NCBI GenBank assembly: GCA_951406725.2
Contig: OX597829.1
Location: 35,774,001 to 35,838,000, forward strand
Direction: 5' to 3'
Length of the DNA stretch: 64,000 bases
DNA from: Octopus vulgaris
Lineage: Eukaryota
Below, piece by piece: positions 30,752-44,609 of the stretch. The notes beneath the pieces were generated by a model that worked only from the letters and a program-made list of their open reading frames with translations, had not been told where the DNA came from and did not search any database. The position numbers and the translations under genes are program-made. How positions within the stretch are numbered: the first letter of the stretch is position 1; the number at the start of each line of letters is the position of its first letter.

Positions 30752-31497
30752 TTGGGGAAATTTCGAACCTAGGTTCTCATTCCAGGGGTATTATTATTAT
30801 TGTTGTTATTATTATTGTTCAGGTCACTCATCGAACTCGAAATCTTGGGTTTAGTAGCCGGCGCCCTTAACCACTACTCTTAACCACTACGTCATTTATT
30901 GTTCTACCTAGCTAGCTAGGTAAATGAAATGTTGTCAGTTCCAACTCTTGTGTTGAAATCTACCAAGATACCCAGCTTGTCAAAAACTGGTACTCTCAAG
31001 GATAAAATTGATAAAATTGTCACAGTTTTATCAGAGTAAGATATTGTTAGTGCATAAATACTTACAACGGTAAGAAATGTACATACATACATACATACAC
31101 ACATACATACATACATACATACATACATACATACATACATACATACATACATACATACATAGCCATAGGTACACATATACACATCTTTACAAGTGTCAGG
31201 GAAAATGAAGAACAAGCAAGATATAGAATATTTAAAACATGAAGGAGTTGCTTATAGATCTGCATACATATATATTATAAATAATTGAGACTATGACCGG
31301 TCATAGAGCAACCATGGCTCCTCATCAACAAAGTCTTTAGCCTCGAGGACGGCTCACCAGATTCTAAAGCCAGAGACAAATGTAACTCTTCACCTCCATA
31401 TATATATTTGTTTGTGTGTGTGTATGTGTCTGAGCTTGCGCGCACGAGTTTATGTGTACATGTATATATATATATTCTATACACACAAATTTGTAGC

Positions 31498-31556
<59 letters not shown>

Positions 31557-31857
31557 GCATGCATATATACATACATATACGAACCACACACACGCATGTA
31601 GCTACTTTAAGATTTGGCAATATTGTACACTGTAATCCCTATAAACTGCTTATAGCATCATTAACATGAGCAAATCTAGCCAAATCATACGAATATCTAC
31701 TCTTTAAAGCATGCACACAATTATATAAACATACAAACACATACAGGCATATAGCTATACATACGCGCATGAATATATACAAATACAAATACACATACTT
31801 CCTTATGTGTATTACATGCATATATATATATATATATATGCATATTTGCATATATAT

Positions 31858-31907
<50 letters not shown>

Positions 31908-32739
31908 TACTTACACATGCATGTACGTATGCATGCATTATATAGACATCCACGTGAATGTTATGTGTGTGTTTGAAGTAATTTAGAAAATAATGCAATT
32001 AATTAAAAATTACATGTCATCTAATATAATTAATTAGAAAAAATTACTGCCAGTATTTGTTTTCTGTTGTGTATATTGAAAATTGGTTGATTTGGCAAAT
32101 TCAAAAATAATAAAGTAATCATGAATGATTATGCACAAAATAATTAAAACTTCCTTTGGAAACCACTTCGTTTGTTGAAATGTGTCTTTTGAAAAATATT
32201 TGTACCAAATTTACAGGTGTTTTCCGGATGTGCGCAAATTTCAGTGTTTGCAAGTAATGTTACTGCTTTTGTGAGAAGTATGACCGTCTTGGTGTGAATT
32301 ACATTTTTTTATACTTGTATATTTACAAGAGATACAATATTTTGTGAGACGAATGAAATAACAAGAACTGCAAATACTACATTGCTGTATTATTGATCTC
32401 CCGTAACTAACTATTTCCTCCAACAGTTCATAATCCATATGAAAAATGCCCTTAACTCCAACATAACTCCAACATAATTAACATTAGAATCCTTAGATCT
32501 GACAATGACCTTTTTTCTTACCGATGTATCAGTCGTAACTGTACATAATTTATTATGGAAGATCTGCAATATGGCAGTGAAATGATATATTGTTTAGCAT
32601 TCTTTATATTTTACTTAAAAGTATTTATGACCACCTTTTAAGATGCCCAAATCGATGCATTTTAATATTATTCTAATTACATATTTCAAAATGTATTTGT
32701 CAAGTCAAAATGTATTTATTAAACCATATTTTAAAATGT

Positions 32740-33115
32740 GGATGGAAGCACTCCGTCGGTTACGACAATGAGGGTTCCGGTTGATCCGAATCAACGGAAC
32801 AGCCTGCTCGTGAAATTAACGTGTAAGTGGCTGAGCACTCCACAGACACGTGCACCCTTAACGTAGTTCTCGGGGATATTCAGCGTGACACAGAGAGTGA
32901 CAAGGTCGGCCCCTTGAAATACAGGTACAACAGAAACAGGAAGTAAGAGTGAGAGAAAGTTGTGGTGAAAGAGTACAGCAGGGATCACCACCATCCCCTG
33001 CCGGAGCCTCGTGGAGCTTTTATGTGTTTTCGCTCAATAAACACTCACAACGCCCGGTCTGGGAATCGAAACCGCGAGTCCGCTGCCCTAACCACTGGGC
33101 CATTGCGCCTCCACA
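32740..33115 (-). mobile_element. Full-length tRNA-derived SINE with a 14-bp TSD
   Basis: A box TGGCCCAGTGG, B box GTTTCGATTCC. TSD ATATTTTAAAATGT at 32726-32739 and 33116-33129. Same head and body as 52297-52813. Confidence 0.9.
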
Positions 33116-33953
33116 ATATTTTAAAATGTATTTAAGCCAAATATATGAAGCAGTAAATAAAATCTTTTACGCATTGCAATATTCGTATGATTATAGTCTA
33201 GAAGGGAACACAAAAAAATCAGCAGTTTATTTTCTGTCTCTGGCATTGTGGCGCTTTTATGATCAAATCATTCAGCTCTCAACAGTCAAGTCATGCTAGC
33301 TCAAACCTGATAACACTAATTTCTGTGGTGTATCACAATTAAACGATGACCATAAATTCAAGTACGCGATAGACTTTTCCGTAATACTGATAGTAAATTT
33401 TATTTTACCGACATAAATTATATTAATTATAGTTAATTATAGACCTGTAAAATAATACTGGTTAATGTTAGTATGTTAATGTAAAATGCATTAAAAGGTC
33501 GATCTTTGATCTATTGTCATATAATTGTATCCTATTGTGTACGAACAACAATTAAGTATTTTAGATGGAAGATCTCTATAAAATAAGTTATGTCCCTTTT
33601 TAAGTATCTAGTATCAAAGCTTAAAAGTATCACATTGGGTTAAATTATCTTAAAACTGATACAATGTATTTTTAGGTAGATATTTTGTAAATAATTTTTC
33701 TTTGTGTACGTTTAATAAACATTTGTTTATCTTTACAGTATAATACATTAACTTGTAACGCATATTTATTTCATCTGATTTTAATACAAAATGGCCTAGA
33801 GTGACTTATGTAAAGAAAAAATGCTAATCTGTCAGTCAATCCGTTTGTAATTGGCCCAGTTACAATGATGTGCACCACTTTTGTAAATATGTACTTAAGT
33901 CATCTTTAAGGATAGACATAATCATGTTTCAATATATATATATATGTGTGTGT

Positions 33954-34025
<72 letters not shown>

Positions 34026-34030
34026 CAATA

Positions 34031-34080
<50 letters not shown>

Positions 34081-34113
34081 ATATATATATATATATATAT
34101 ATCTATCTATCTA

Positions 34114-34194
<81 letters not shown>

Positions 34195-34765
34195 TGGAAG
34201 GGAGAGAGAGAGTGGGAGGGAGAGAGAGCTATAGTCTGATCTGTAAAAACTGCCATGGTATTCTTAAATCTTTGATGTTTTTTGATTTTTACTGCGGCTA
34301 AGTTTTACTTTAAGGAACACATGTGCTCTATGATTAAGGCTTTTGGTTTTGCATGGCATTTGAATTAAGCTTTGCAGATATCTGTTAAGCTTCTGCGTAG
34401 ATTTTGCATACTGAGTTCCTGCAGTTTGTCTTGAAGTTATGTCGTCATCTATTGCTTAAAATTTAGGGAAGTGTCCTTTCTAATCTGGGGCGATGAAACA
34501 CGCTATCTTTATATTAATTGTAAGCCGAGAATCAGAAAAAAATCGGAAAAATAAGTTGTACACAGATACATATACATATTTAACTATGTGCACACATGCA
34601 AATATGCACGAATATTTGTACTTTATTACGGGTATGCTATAATCAAATCTTCTAAACTTAATTAACTAGAAACTTTATATTTCTCTTTAAGACCATTAAT
34701 AACTTATAAGAGATAAGAGGTTAATAGGTTACAGTATCAAAATAAGAAAACACAATAATAAGAAA

Positions 34766-35322
34766 TTATAGAGAATAGTAACAAAACATATATAAATTGT
34801 TGTATGTAATACTAGGGTGTATGTTCACATCATATCCAGGTTCAAGTGCAGCACCACGATAAGTTCGAAAATATTTAAATGTACGGGTGGCCCTATGTAC
34901 GCATGATATCCTTAGGTCTAATCTATTATTAACCAGGTTTCTCTTGTCCCTGTACTTAAAAATTTCATAAGTTTCCATCGAGCACGGCTCGCACCCGTAT
35001 CGACTATCTCTATAAGGTTGCGCTTTCCTTATAATATCCCATTTAAGGCTAAATTCGATTCCGCTTTCCTTCAGTTTCCAAATCTTGATAGATAAAGACG
35101 TACAACTGGCCTTATGTTTGAGCCTAAAAGATGGAAAATGGTTATTAATGCATTTTTCATATTTATTGAACATCCTTTATATACAATGTTACCAGCTACA
35201 GTTATGATTGTACACTTGTAGATTACGTTTTGGGTTAGACGTCGGCCTAATAACAGGCAGTGGGATTTAATTCTACAATTGCAACTAGGAGAATTACTAC
35301 TATTAATATTATTGATACTCAT
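34766..35322 (-). mobile_element. Penelope-like (Neptune-type) GIY-YIG endonuclease pseudogene fragment
   Basis: CNCRIKSHCLL.GR.LTQNVIYKC..VYKG, frameshift, then NNHFPSFR..TSLS.KIWKLK..KWDII..PY....CEPCSME..NNR....CVH. Confidence 0.85.
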
Positions 35323-35325
35323 ACC

Positions 35326-35410
<85 letters not shown>

Positions 35411-36579
35411 TATTATTATTAATAATAATATTACTATTAATATTAATCCTATACTGCTATTGTATGTATTATTTTCATATCTGGTATTATCTCTCCATCC
35501 TTCAATTTTAGTATCATTCCCATTCATCCCAGTATCATCAGGCGTATCAGTAGTCTCTGTGCTTGTATGGACCTCAGAGCTACAAGTCTATATTGTAAAT
35601 ATTAGAAGCATTAGTACCGCTGTTTCTATTTTCTACGTCACCTTTAATATTTTTATTCACATTGTTGGGGTTTAAGTTAGTGTTGACATTAACATTATTA
35701 TTCTTACTACCTCTTGCTAATTTAATAGTTTTTCTATTTAACCTTGCTATGATGGTACCCCATACTGGAGAAAGAAAGAGTATGAGATTCTAACTGTCTT
35801 ACGGGAAAAAATTATGTTATATCAATGGGAAGCAGGGAAGTATTTTTCTAAAATTGTTCTAAATTTCGTATATATGTTTGTGGATATGGTACAGTTGAAG
35901 GGAAAGTTATACCAAATTAATTCCTTATTTTCAGACTTACAGCAGAATCTACTTATTCATACAAAATTCTATTTATTGAAATTCCTTTAGTTAAAAAATT
36001 CTAATTATTTATGCAGCTGAGGATAGCCCTGCATTTAAATTGATGTAATGCTTGCATTGTTCAATTAAAAGGATTCGATTGAAAGGTCGTACTGCATAAC
36101 CTCTTGATATCCTATTGATTATTTTGATTTTATGTATGTATATATATACGTTTGTAAATACATATGAGTCTTTATACTTTTACAAGTATATGTATGCGCA
36201 CGCACACACATGTATATATGCCTGTGTAAATGTCATGTATCCATCACATATGTATAAACATATCTTTTACTTTTTACATGTTTCAGTCATTAGACTGCGG
36301 CCATGCAAGGGCATCGCCTTGAATAACATTTAGTCAATTGAATTGATTGCAGTACTTGTCTTTTTTAAAGCGTGGTACTTAATTTATAGATATGTTGCAG
36401 GGAGGTTACTAAGTTAAGCTGAAAATACATCTCTAATATATGTCTGCTAACTCGGAAGCCTACTACGGATGCCTAGCTCCAGCCTCAGCTGTGAACTTGG
36501 AAACTAACGGATGACCAATTGTAGCACTTACACAGCGTACCTATTCGTTTAGATCACCAATGAACCAAACCCCTCATAT

Positions 36580-36665
<86 letters not shown>

Positions 36666-36826
36666 AAATTAGAGATAGGCAAATCAAACACTGAAAATCA
36701 TAAACCAATACATAGAAATAAAATTGATTAATAAAATATATAAAATATAAAATTCAGAATTTAAATTATTTAAATTTAAAGTTAAAATGTTAACAATTAT
36801 TTAAATTAATAATTTATACTTATAAA

Positions 36827-36885
<59 letters not shown>

Positions 36886-37165
36886 TATTATTATTATTTA
36901 TAAGTTTTTTTTATATAACTATTAAAAAGTATTAAAAGTTAAATATAAGATAAAGATATTTTAATAATATATAATCATACAAATATATAAATAAATGAAG
37001 TATCAGAGTTCTAATTAGTTTTAGAGACGGTAATAAATTGTGTAAATCAATATTTATTCTATAAATATGCTTATGCATGTTTGAAGAAAGCATATTCCTA
37101 GTATATGAACTAACTAGCTATTTATATGCAATATTTTCAAATATTTATAATTACCCAAAGAAAAT

Positions 37166-37372
37166 ATATATAAATTATATATACTGATACATCAATATAT
37201 AAATTATATATATTGATACATTAATATATAAATTATATATACTGATACATCAATATATAAATTATATATATTGATACATCAATATATAAATTATATATAT
37301 TGATACATTAATATATAAATTATATATACTGATACATTAATATATAAATTATATATGCTGATACATTAATAT
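37166..37372. repeat. 29-bp AT-rich minisatellite, about 7 copies
   Basis: Unit ATATATAAATTATATATA(C/T)TGATACAT(C/T)A. Confidence 0.9.
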
Positions 37373-37432
37373 AATGATTAAATACAATAACAATTCTCAT
37401 TTCTTTTACAGTTACTAATATAAATATTATTC

Positions 37433-37850
37433 AAAGTAACTAACAAATAATGGTCCTTATTTGGGTATTTTATCGAAGAGAGAACTCGGTAAATAAAATA
37501 AACAAAAGCTTAGATCTACGATAATTATAACCTATATTATTTCTTCGATAAAGATATAATAAACTATAAATATAAATAAAAAATATCAAAATTTTACCAA
37601 GTCATTCAGAAGTAACTAAATTAGAAGTCACTGGAATAAAGATTATTAAAAGTAACTAACAAATAATAGTCTTTATTTATGTAAATTGTCGAAGGGAGAA
37701 TTCCGTAAATGTAAATAAGCTAAAGCATAAACATAAAATATAGATCTACGATAAATATAACCTATATTATTTCTTAGATAAAGAGATTATAAACTATAAA
37801 TAACATATTTCAAGATTTTACTAAATCTTTCCGAAGTAACGAAATTAAAG
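37433..37850. repeat. Diverged ~215-bp tandem duplication
   Basis: aaagtaactaacaaataat...tagatctacgataa.tataacctatattatttctt...gaagtaac occurs twice, from ~37433 and ~37649. Confidence 0.8.
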
Positions 37851-39219
37851 CGTTGCAATAAGAATACAAGCTATAAAGTACATTATATATTATAAAAAGA
37901 AATTATTAAATTTATTTGGCTTTGTTTGTATCTCAATTAATACACATATTTACAATTATTCGAGTAGTGCTTTAATTGTATATAATAATTGTTGCAATCT
38001 ACTTATTCATCCTTACACAATTTCTAGAACAAATACTAAATTACTTAGTTTATCAGAGGAAAGGAAAAGAATTGTTAGTAGAAGTTTATAAATTTATAAA
38101 TAAATTAGCTATTAAAAAAACAGAAAAAAGCAAAAAAAAAAAAGAAACAGAAATACGTACCCGGAAATAAATGTCTTTGTTCACAATTTAGCATTATGTA
38201 AAATTATTCGTATATTATTATTATCATTGTCATTATCATTAATTATTAAATTAAATGAATGTATTTTTAAAGTATAATCATTTAGCATAATGAAGAAAGC
38301 TTATATGTAATCTATAATTAATATTAACTGTGAATATAATGATGTATTTTACAGTAAATACAAATATTTTCACTTGAACTAATACGGTATTTTATGAATT
38401 AATCCACTAAAAATTTTATTTCCTAATGCCCACCTTATAGTAGAATTTAAAATGACAAGCCCTAAGTCTCAATACAAGAAACTTACAAAGGATTCAGTAT
38501 GAAAATTAATAGATAAAATTTTAAAAAAAACAACTTATTTTTATTCAAAAGATAAAATTCAGTTAGAGTAAGGAACTTATAAACCGTTTATCATAATAAT
38601 TAAATAAATAAATAAATAAATAATTTTGCCGATGTAATTTCGTTAAGTAATATTAGCCTATTATACATTTAGTATACATTCATTACCTTATTTATACATT
38701 ATGTAATAAACGTATGTATAATATAAATGTACAAATATATGTAAATATACATATATATATACATATATACGCACATATATACATATATACAAATACACAT
38801 ATGCATGTACGTATAGAGAAATACACATGTTTATATATATTTTACATCAATACATACATACACACACATAAATACATGAACATATACAGATACACACACA
38901 TACACACACACACACACATATATATATATACATATACATACATGCGCATGCATGCACACATATATAAATACATATATACACATACACATGCATACATGCA
39001 CATACATACATACACATACACACATATACATATATACACTTATACACGCTCGTATACATACACAGATACATACAAAACATATACATAGATGTATATATTA
39101 CTATATACAAACATGTTCATCTACACATAGACATACCCATAGATATATACATATATAGAAATTGTGATTGTAGATATGAGGATAAATGTTATTTCAATAT
39201 TTTTTCTTTGTAGAATAAT

Positions 39220-39859
39220 ATTATATATAGATGTAGGGTTAATCGCTCCTTTACTCATGTGAGACATGGAGCCTTTACAAACGTCATGTAAAGGTTCTTG
39301 AACGCTTCCATCAGAGATGCCTGACACACATGCTGAAAGTTAGACGGACCTTAAAAACTTCAGACACATATGTCGTGAGGATAGTTGATATCTTGAGTAT
39401 TTAGGCGATGGTGTACAAGCACCGGTTACGTTGGACTAGACACCTTATTAGAATGAAGGATAGCAGGATCCCTAAGCAGATGCTACATGAGGAACTTGTT
39501 TGTGAAAAGAGACCCCGGCAGAAACCAAGGCTGCCATTCAAGGACTGAGTCTCAAGTCCTCATTAAAGGCCCGTAATACGCAGGAAATCGATTGGGAGAG
39601 CAATGCCTGTCATTGCCATAGTTGGAGGAAGCAGGCTAAGGTGGGAGTCGACACTTTTGAAAAAGCTCGTATTCTTCATTAAGAACGTAAGCGTGCTTCT
39701 CGAAAGCGCAACGGCTAGCTTAGGAATGGGGAAAGCTTAGTTTGCAATTTTCGCGGAAGTGTATGCTTGTGAAGAGCGGGGCTCATTAGCCACCAACGGA
39801 GCTATGTTCCTAAACGTCAATAATGATCTTCCTCGGTTACGAGTGGACGGCCACTATAC

Positions 39860-39860
<1 letters not shown>
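39220..39860 (+). mobile_element. RTE-clade LINE 3' remnant
   Basis: LLYSCETWSLYKRHVKVLERFHQRCL..., HRLRWTRHLIRMKDSRIPKQMLHEEL..KPRLPFKD. Confidence 0.88.
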
Positions 39861-39894
<34 letters not shown>

Positions 39895-39961
39895 ACCGCG
39901 TGTGTACCGTTGGCGATTTTTTTTCCTGTCTTCCCTTCTCTGGATCTTTCCTTCTCCTATG

Positions 39962-39994
39962 TTTCCGACGAAGAGCTCCGCTCGAAACGTTAAA
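39962..39994 (+). ncRNA. Degenerate minimal hammerhead motif
   Basis: TTT-CCGACGA-A-GAGC tcc GCTC-GAA-ACGT-T-AAA (U4C). Confidence 0.6.
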
Positions 39995-40188
39995 GCCTCC
40001 TTCTTTCCATCTTTTCTTAGTGTCCAATAATACTATATTTGTTCCACGTCCTCGCGTTGTTGTATTTTTTGTGCTTTCTTGTTTGGATTAACTATATATA
40101 TATATATATATACATACATACAGTCCTGAAAGCTCTCTCAGAGAAAAACGCAGTAGATGTACTAACAAGTAATATTAGATTCTACTGC

Positions 40189-40326
40189 GATTTTGTAACC
40201 CCAAGAGGACATCTCTAGCTCGTTAACAATGCACAGCTGCATCCGATAAAACGTTCGCAATTTTATCGAATGCAGTTGTACATTGTTAACCACCTAGAGA
40301 AGATTTCCTCTTAGGGTTAAAAAATC
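40189..40326. repeat. Long imperfect hairpin (arms of about 65 bp, 9-nt loop)
   Basis: gattttgtaaccccaagagga..tctag..gttaacaatgcacagctgcatccgataaaa pairs with ttttatcgaatgcagttgtacattgttaac..ctaga..tcctcttagggttaaaaaatc. Confidence 0.85.
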
Positions 40327-40349
40327 TAAAGTGCAGAAAAATCTCTCGT

Positions 40350-41047
40350 GCTTGTGAACTAGAAGTTGACTTTGGATGCCGAGGTGAATCGCAGAAATTC
40401 TCGAGTGATTACATATAACCTTTCACACATCCCCCTACCTTATGTTTGAGACTAAGAATCCTGCCTGTGTCATGGTATTTGGAGGCGTGGTAACTGATGG
40501 AAGTGTCATGGATCCACACTCTATTGAGACTGGTTTGAAGATCGGTACAAAGGAGTATCTGGACATACTGAAGAACTCTCTATTACCTTGGATAAAGCAG
40601 AAGTTTAGACTTGAAATTGTGGCGCTTATGCAGGATTTTGCACCTGATGTGGGTCAAAATTTACACAGGCCTTCCTTGGGGAGTAGGTGCAAGTTTGTGT
40701 GAGGGCCAACAGTTGATCCAGTAATAGTCCAGGTTTCAACCTTCTCGATTACTTTCTATGGGGCGTAATTCAAGCACGGATCAATGCTTCACCACGCACG
40801 AATGTCAATAATTTAAAGACCTCTATCGTGCGTGCTACGAGCAAGATAAAAAAGGCAGAGGTTGTAGTTGTAAAAAAATTCGTTCTCGTCTGGAGGCATT
40901 AATTGTTCTTAAAGACGGCCATCTTGAGTGATATTTTTGTTGCATAAATTTTACATTAAAATTATATCTGTCTATTACCATTATTTTAGTATTTATAACT
41001 AGAATTATGCATCGTAAAATTTGTCTCAATTTATCTGAAAGACCGTG
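40350..41047 (+). mobile_element. maT/DD37D-like Tc1/mariner 3' half, pseudogene
   Basis: VNRRNSR, TKNPACVMVFGGVVTDG, MQDFAP and NSPGFNLLDYFLWG. Right terminus ..AATTTATCTGAAAGACCGTG|TA resembles the one at 440-467. Confidence 0.8.
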
Positions 41048-41093
41048 TATATATGAGTGTGTGTGTGTGTGTGTGTATGTGTAAATGTATATG

Positions 41094-41128
<35 letters not shown>

Positions 41129-41184
41129 GTATTATATATGTATATACACAAATATTATATATAGAGAGAGAAAGTGCACGGAAT

Positions 41185-41235
41185 TTTGTCAGTGAACAGG
41201 TCACGGTCTCAAAGCGACGAAAATATTTTGACAAA
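41185..41235 (+). ncRNA. Type-I hammerhead-like motif with G3:C8 core swap (second copy)
   Basis: TTTGTCA-GTGAACA-G-GTCAC ggtctcaaa GCGAC-GAA-AATATT-T-TGACAAA. Confidence 0.7.
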
Positions 41236-41387
41236 TTAAATTTAAATGTTGAAGTGAATCTAACGGTTCTTTAGTGTTTTTAAATGGCTTATAAACACCT
41301 TCCACGCTGCAATTGTTTTTGTTTCAGCACACGATCTCAGATCAAGTCACTTCCTATGCAAGTACATCTCCGTAATATATATAAACT

Positions 41388-41840
41388 CGAGGGGTACCCA
41401 AAAGAATCCGGAAACCTCTCTGTGGGACAAACGCGTTGTAGTTCGAGCTTCTGGAGCTAGAAGCCACTTGATGCGACCCCAATCCAGTCATTAGTCTGCC
41501 TATCGGCGTCATCAGGTAAGGTCGTACTTCCACGTGGGGCGCCTTTGTTTTTGCTGTGTTTCTCCCTTGCTTGTAGACTTTTCTGAAAGGAAGGAACAGC
41601 GTGCTTCCGTGAAATTCTGTTTTCTGCCGTGAAAAATGACGACCAAAGCAGCTGTCATGCTTCAAACAACTTATAAGAAGGGATGAAAAAAAATCTACAG
41701 ATGCGTTAAAAGCATTTCTACGCAAGAGTTCCAGCATTGATACGAATATTGGAAAATAATTTGAAGGCGATAAAAGTGCAAACATAAAACTAAGTGAATA
41801 AAATAATATTGCAAAATTCCGGTTTCTATTACGTACTCCC
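41388..41840 (+). mobile_element. Short internally deleted mariner derivative
   Basis: TIRs CGAGGGGTACCCAAAAGAATCCGGAA and TTCCGGTTTCTATTACGTACTCCC; EQRASVKFCF remnant. Same family as 61227-61979 and 42305-42712. Confidence 0.8.
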
Positions 41841-41841
41841 A

Positions 41842-41885
<44 letters not shown>

Positions 41886-42304
41886 TGTGTGGATCAAAGC
41901 ATAATGATAATCCTCGGCCATTGCAAATTTGAATGCGATCAGTTGGAGAAAGTCAGATGGGCTGCGATTGGTCAAAAAAAGTCAAAAAAGTCATGTGGTG
42001 TCACAATTCTGGTATTTCTAAAACAACAATTACTTGGATAATACGGCATGGTGAACAGCAAATCGACCGTGTGGTGGACAAGAAATCGTTCTCGTGGTGT
42101 CCTATCAGGGTCACCTCTTTTTTATATAGAAATGTACACCACTAATGTGTGTATGTGTATGTGTGCGCGTATATATAATATATACGTATGTATATATATG
42201 TATATAGCAATAATTAAGATTCAGTTGAATTAGGCACTTAAGTTGAGGCACCAAAACAGTCAGGTATTTTGCCCGGATTGATAATCCTTCACCATTTGTT
42301 CTGT

Positions 42305-42712
42305 TATATATATTTTTAAAACATATTTCATGATGTTTGGGTGGTCAACGGTCGCCTTAAACGAGTAAAGACCAAGCTAAATCGTGAAAACCACTCGTAA
42401 ACTTGTATCTTGCTCATGGCAGCGTCCCTGTAAGCTGCTTGAAGCATTAAAACTGTTTCGGCCGCCATTTTCTCTATCAGGAAGCAAAATTTCACGGAAG
42501 CACGCTGTTCCTTCGTTTCAGCCATCGCCAGAAACTGCGAACAGGGGAGAAACACTGGAAAAGAAGGACGCACCACATGACGGCACGACCCCATCAAACA
42601 ACGCCAGTTGGCAGACTGATGCCTGAGGGTCACATCAAGTTGCTTCTAGCAGCGGAAGACTGAACTACAAGTGGCTTGTTCCGCAGAAAACGTTTCAGGT
42701 CACTTTCGTGTA
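42305..42712 (-). mobile_element. Mariner 5' fragment
   Basis: MAETKEQRASVKFCFLIEKMAAETVLMLQAAYRDAAMSKIQVYEWFSRF (HTH). Confidence 0.8.
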
Positions 42713-42728
42713 CATATATATATATATA

Positions 42729-43028
42729 TCTTTATATATAAAAGTGAAGTTGTGTGAGTGTCTGTCTCCTACGATTTAGATTCCTAACTACTCCCACATT
42801 TTGCGGTGCAGTTTAACCAAAAGCGGGTATCTTATAGTCGTCATTCATTTCGAGCCCTTCTGGGTATTAGCGCGCGTCTACGATGAGTCTACGATTAAAA
42901 AAAAATTTACCATAATTTTTTCCCATTTTGAATGCATTTTTTTGCTATTATATAAGGAAAGTAACTCTCTAAAATGCTTATATAGTTATTTCCCTTACAA
43001 ACCCGAGCAACGCCGGGCGATACTGCTA

Positions 43029-43029
<1 letters not shown>
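42729..43029 (+). mobile_element. Non-autonomous Helitron
   Basis: A|TC 5' end, hairpin CCCGAGCAACGCCGGG, CTAG|T 3' end, no TSD. Homologous to 2978-3490. Confidence 0.85.
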
Positions 43030-43059
<30 letters not shown>

Positions 43060-43062
<3 letters not shown>

Positions 43063-43230
43063 GGAGAGTTTACGGAAAAAAACAAAAGACGAAAACGGGT
43101 GATGTACAAAACAAACAGATGTATTAGTATAACGCTCAGGAATAGAAGAAGTCTTTTACGTTTCGAGCCTACGCTCTTCTACAGAAAGCGACACAGAAAA
43201 CAAGGAGAGAGAAAAAATGTGTGTAGTGGC
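43060..43230 (-). repeat. Dispersed repeat with an A6U hammerhead-like motif (43153-43188); further copies at 45200-45360 (+) and 63820-63975 (-)
   Basis: Reverse complement: CTTT-CTGTAGA-A-GAGC gtag GCTC-GAA-ACGT-A-AAAG. The 45238-45272 copy has CTGTTGA and the 63901-63936 copy has CTATTGA. Confidence 0.7.
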
Positions 43231-43302
<72 letters not shown>

Positions 43303-43309
43303 TATTACT

Positions 43310-43715
43310 CTTTTCTTTTACTTGTTTCAGTCATTTGACTGCGGCCATGCTGGAGCACCGCCTTTTGTCGAGCAAATCGACCTTGGGACTTATTCTTTGT
43401 AAGCCCAGTACTTATTTTATCGGTCTCTTTTGCCGAACCGCTAGGTGACGGGGACGTAAACACACCAGCATCGGTTGTCAAGCAATGCTAGGGAGACAAA
43501 CACAGACACACAAACACATACACACACATACATACCTATATATATACATATATACGACAGGCTTCTTTCAGTTTCCGTCTACCAAATGCACTCACAAGGC
43601 TTTGGTCGGCCCGAGGCTATAGTAGAAGACACTAGCCCAAGATGCCACGCAGTGGGACTGAACCCGGAACCATGTGGTTGGTTAGCAAGCTACTTACCAC
43701 ACACCCACTCGTGCG

Positions 43716-43718
<3 letters not shown>
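43310..43718 (-). mobile_element. Full-length CORE-type tRNA SINE with internal microsatellite
   Basis: Head GGCGCACGAGTGGGTGTGTGGTAAG..GGTTCAGTCCC, CTTGGGCTAGTG, internal (GT)n, tail ..GACTGAAACAAGTAAAAG. Decayed tail copies at ~36270-36420 and ~50810-51000. Confidence 0.88.
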
Positions 43719-43772
<54 letters not shown>

Positions 43773-44543
43773 ATGCATACATATGTATATATATATTTGC
43801 ATATGTATGGAAGTGTATATGCGCGCGCGCATCCATACATTAGAACAAGCATTTTTAACGTTATCAGTTTAAAGCACAGACGCATCAGCACAAAAAAAAA
43901 GTGTCTTAGTAACGATAAAAGAGTCATGTTATTTATTCGATAGTCGAGTCGGCTGTTACTGTAAAGCGAAGCATTCAAAGTAAACGTCATCGTGGTTATA
44001 TTACATCTATGTGTGTGAGTGATCGCGTGCGTGCGTGCGTGTGTGCATACATACGTGAAATTGTGTATATGTCTGTGCCTGTGCATGTTTGAAGGCTGAT
44101 ATTCTAGGGCCGATCAATCGCTACCGCTAATATTTATTGAGCAGCTTTCAAGAAATCAAAGACTGAAAGTATCAAAGACGGATTCAGTCAGCTAGAGTGA
44201 AGGAGATTCTACAATCAGTTTCAGATCTCTGTTCCATAAAATCTGAGAATTGCAAATATTGGAAGAAATTTCACATAATATTTAACTATATAAATCCATA
44301 TGTATGTACACGTATGTATGTTGGCATTTATGTGAATATGCACGAATAATATATATATATATATATATTAGGCATTGAAAACATGCATGCATACATATGC
44401 ATGTGTGCATAAATATAATATACGTAATTTTGGTATGCATGTATCGATGTAGTTAAGTAAATACATACACATACACACACATTTGTATATATATATATAT
44501 ATAATATATATATGTATATATATATAAATATATATATATACGT

Positions 44544-44609
<66 letters not shown>

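Noticed and set aside
32241-32438. Cys-rich peptide as a piggyBac C-terminal domain
   Set aside because: Cys spacing fits only loosely, and no DDD domain or TTAA-bounded TIRs were found.
37166-37372. 29-bp repeat array as a CRISPR
   Set aside because: There are no unique spacers or cas genes and the context is eukaryotic; it is a minisatellite.
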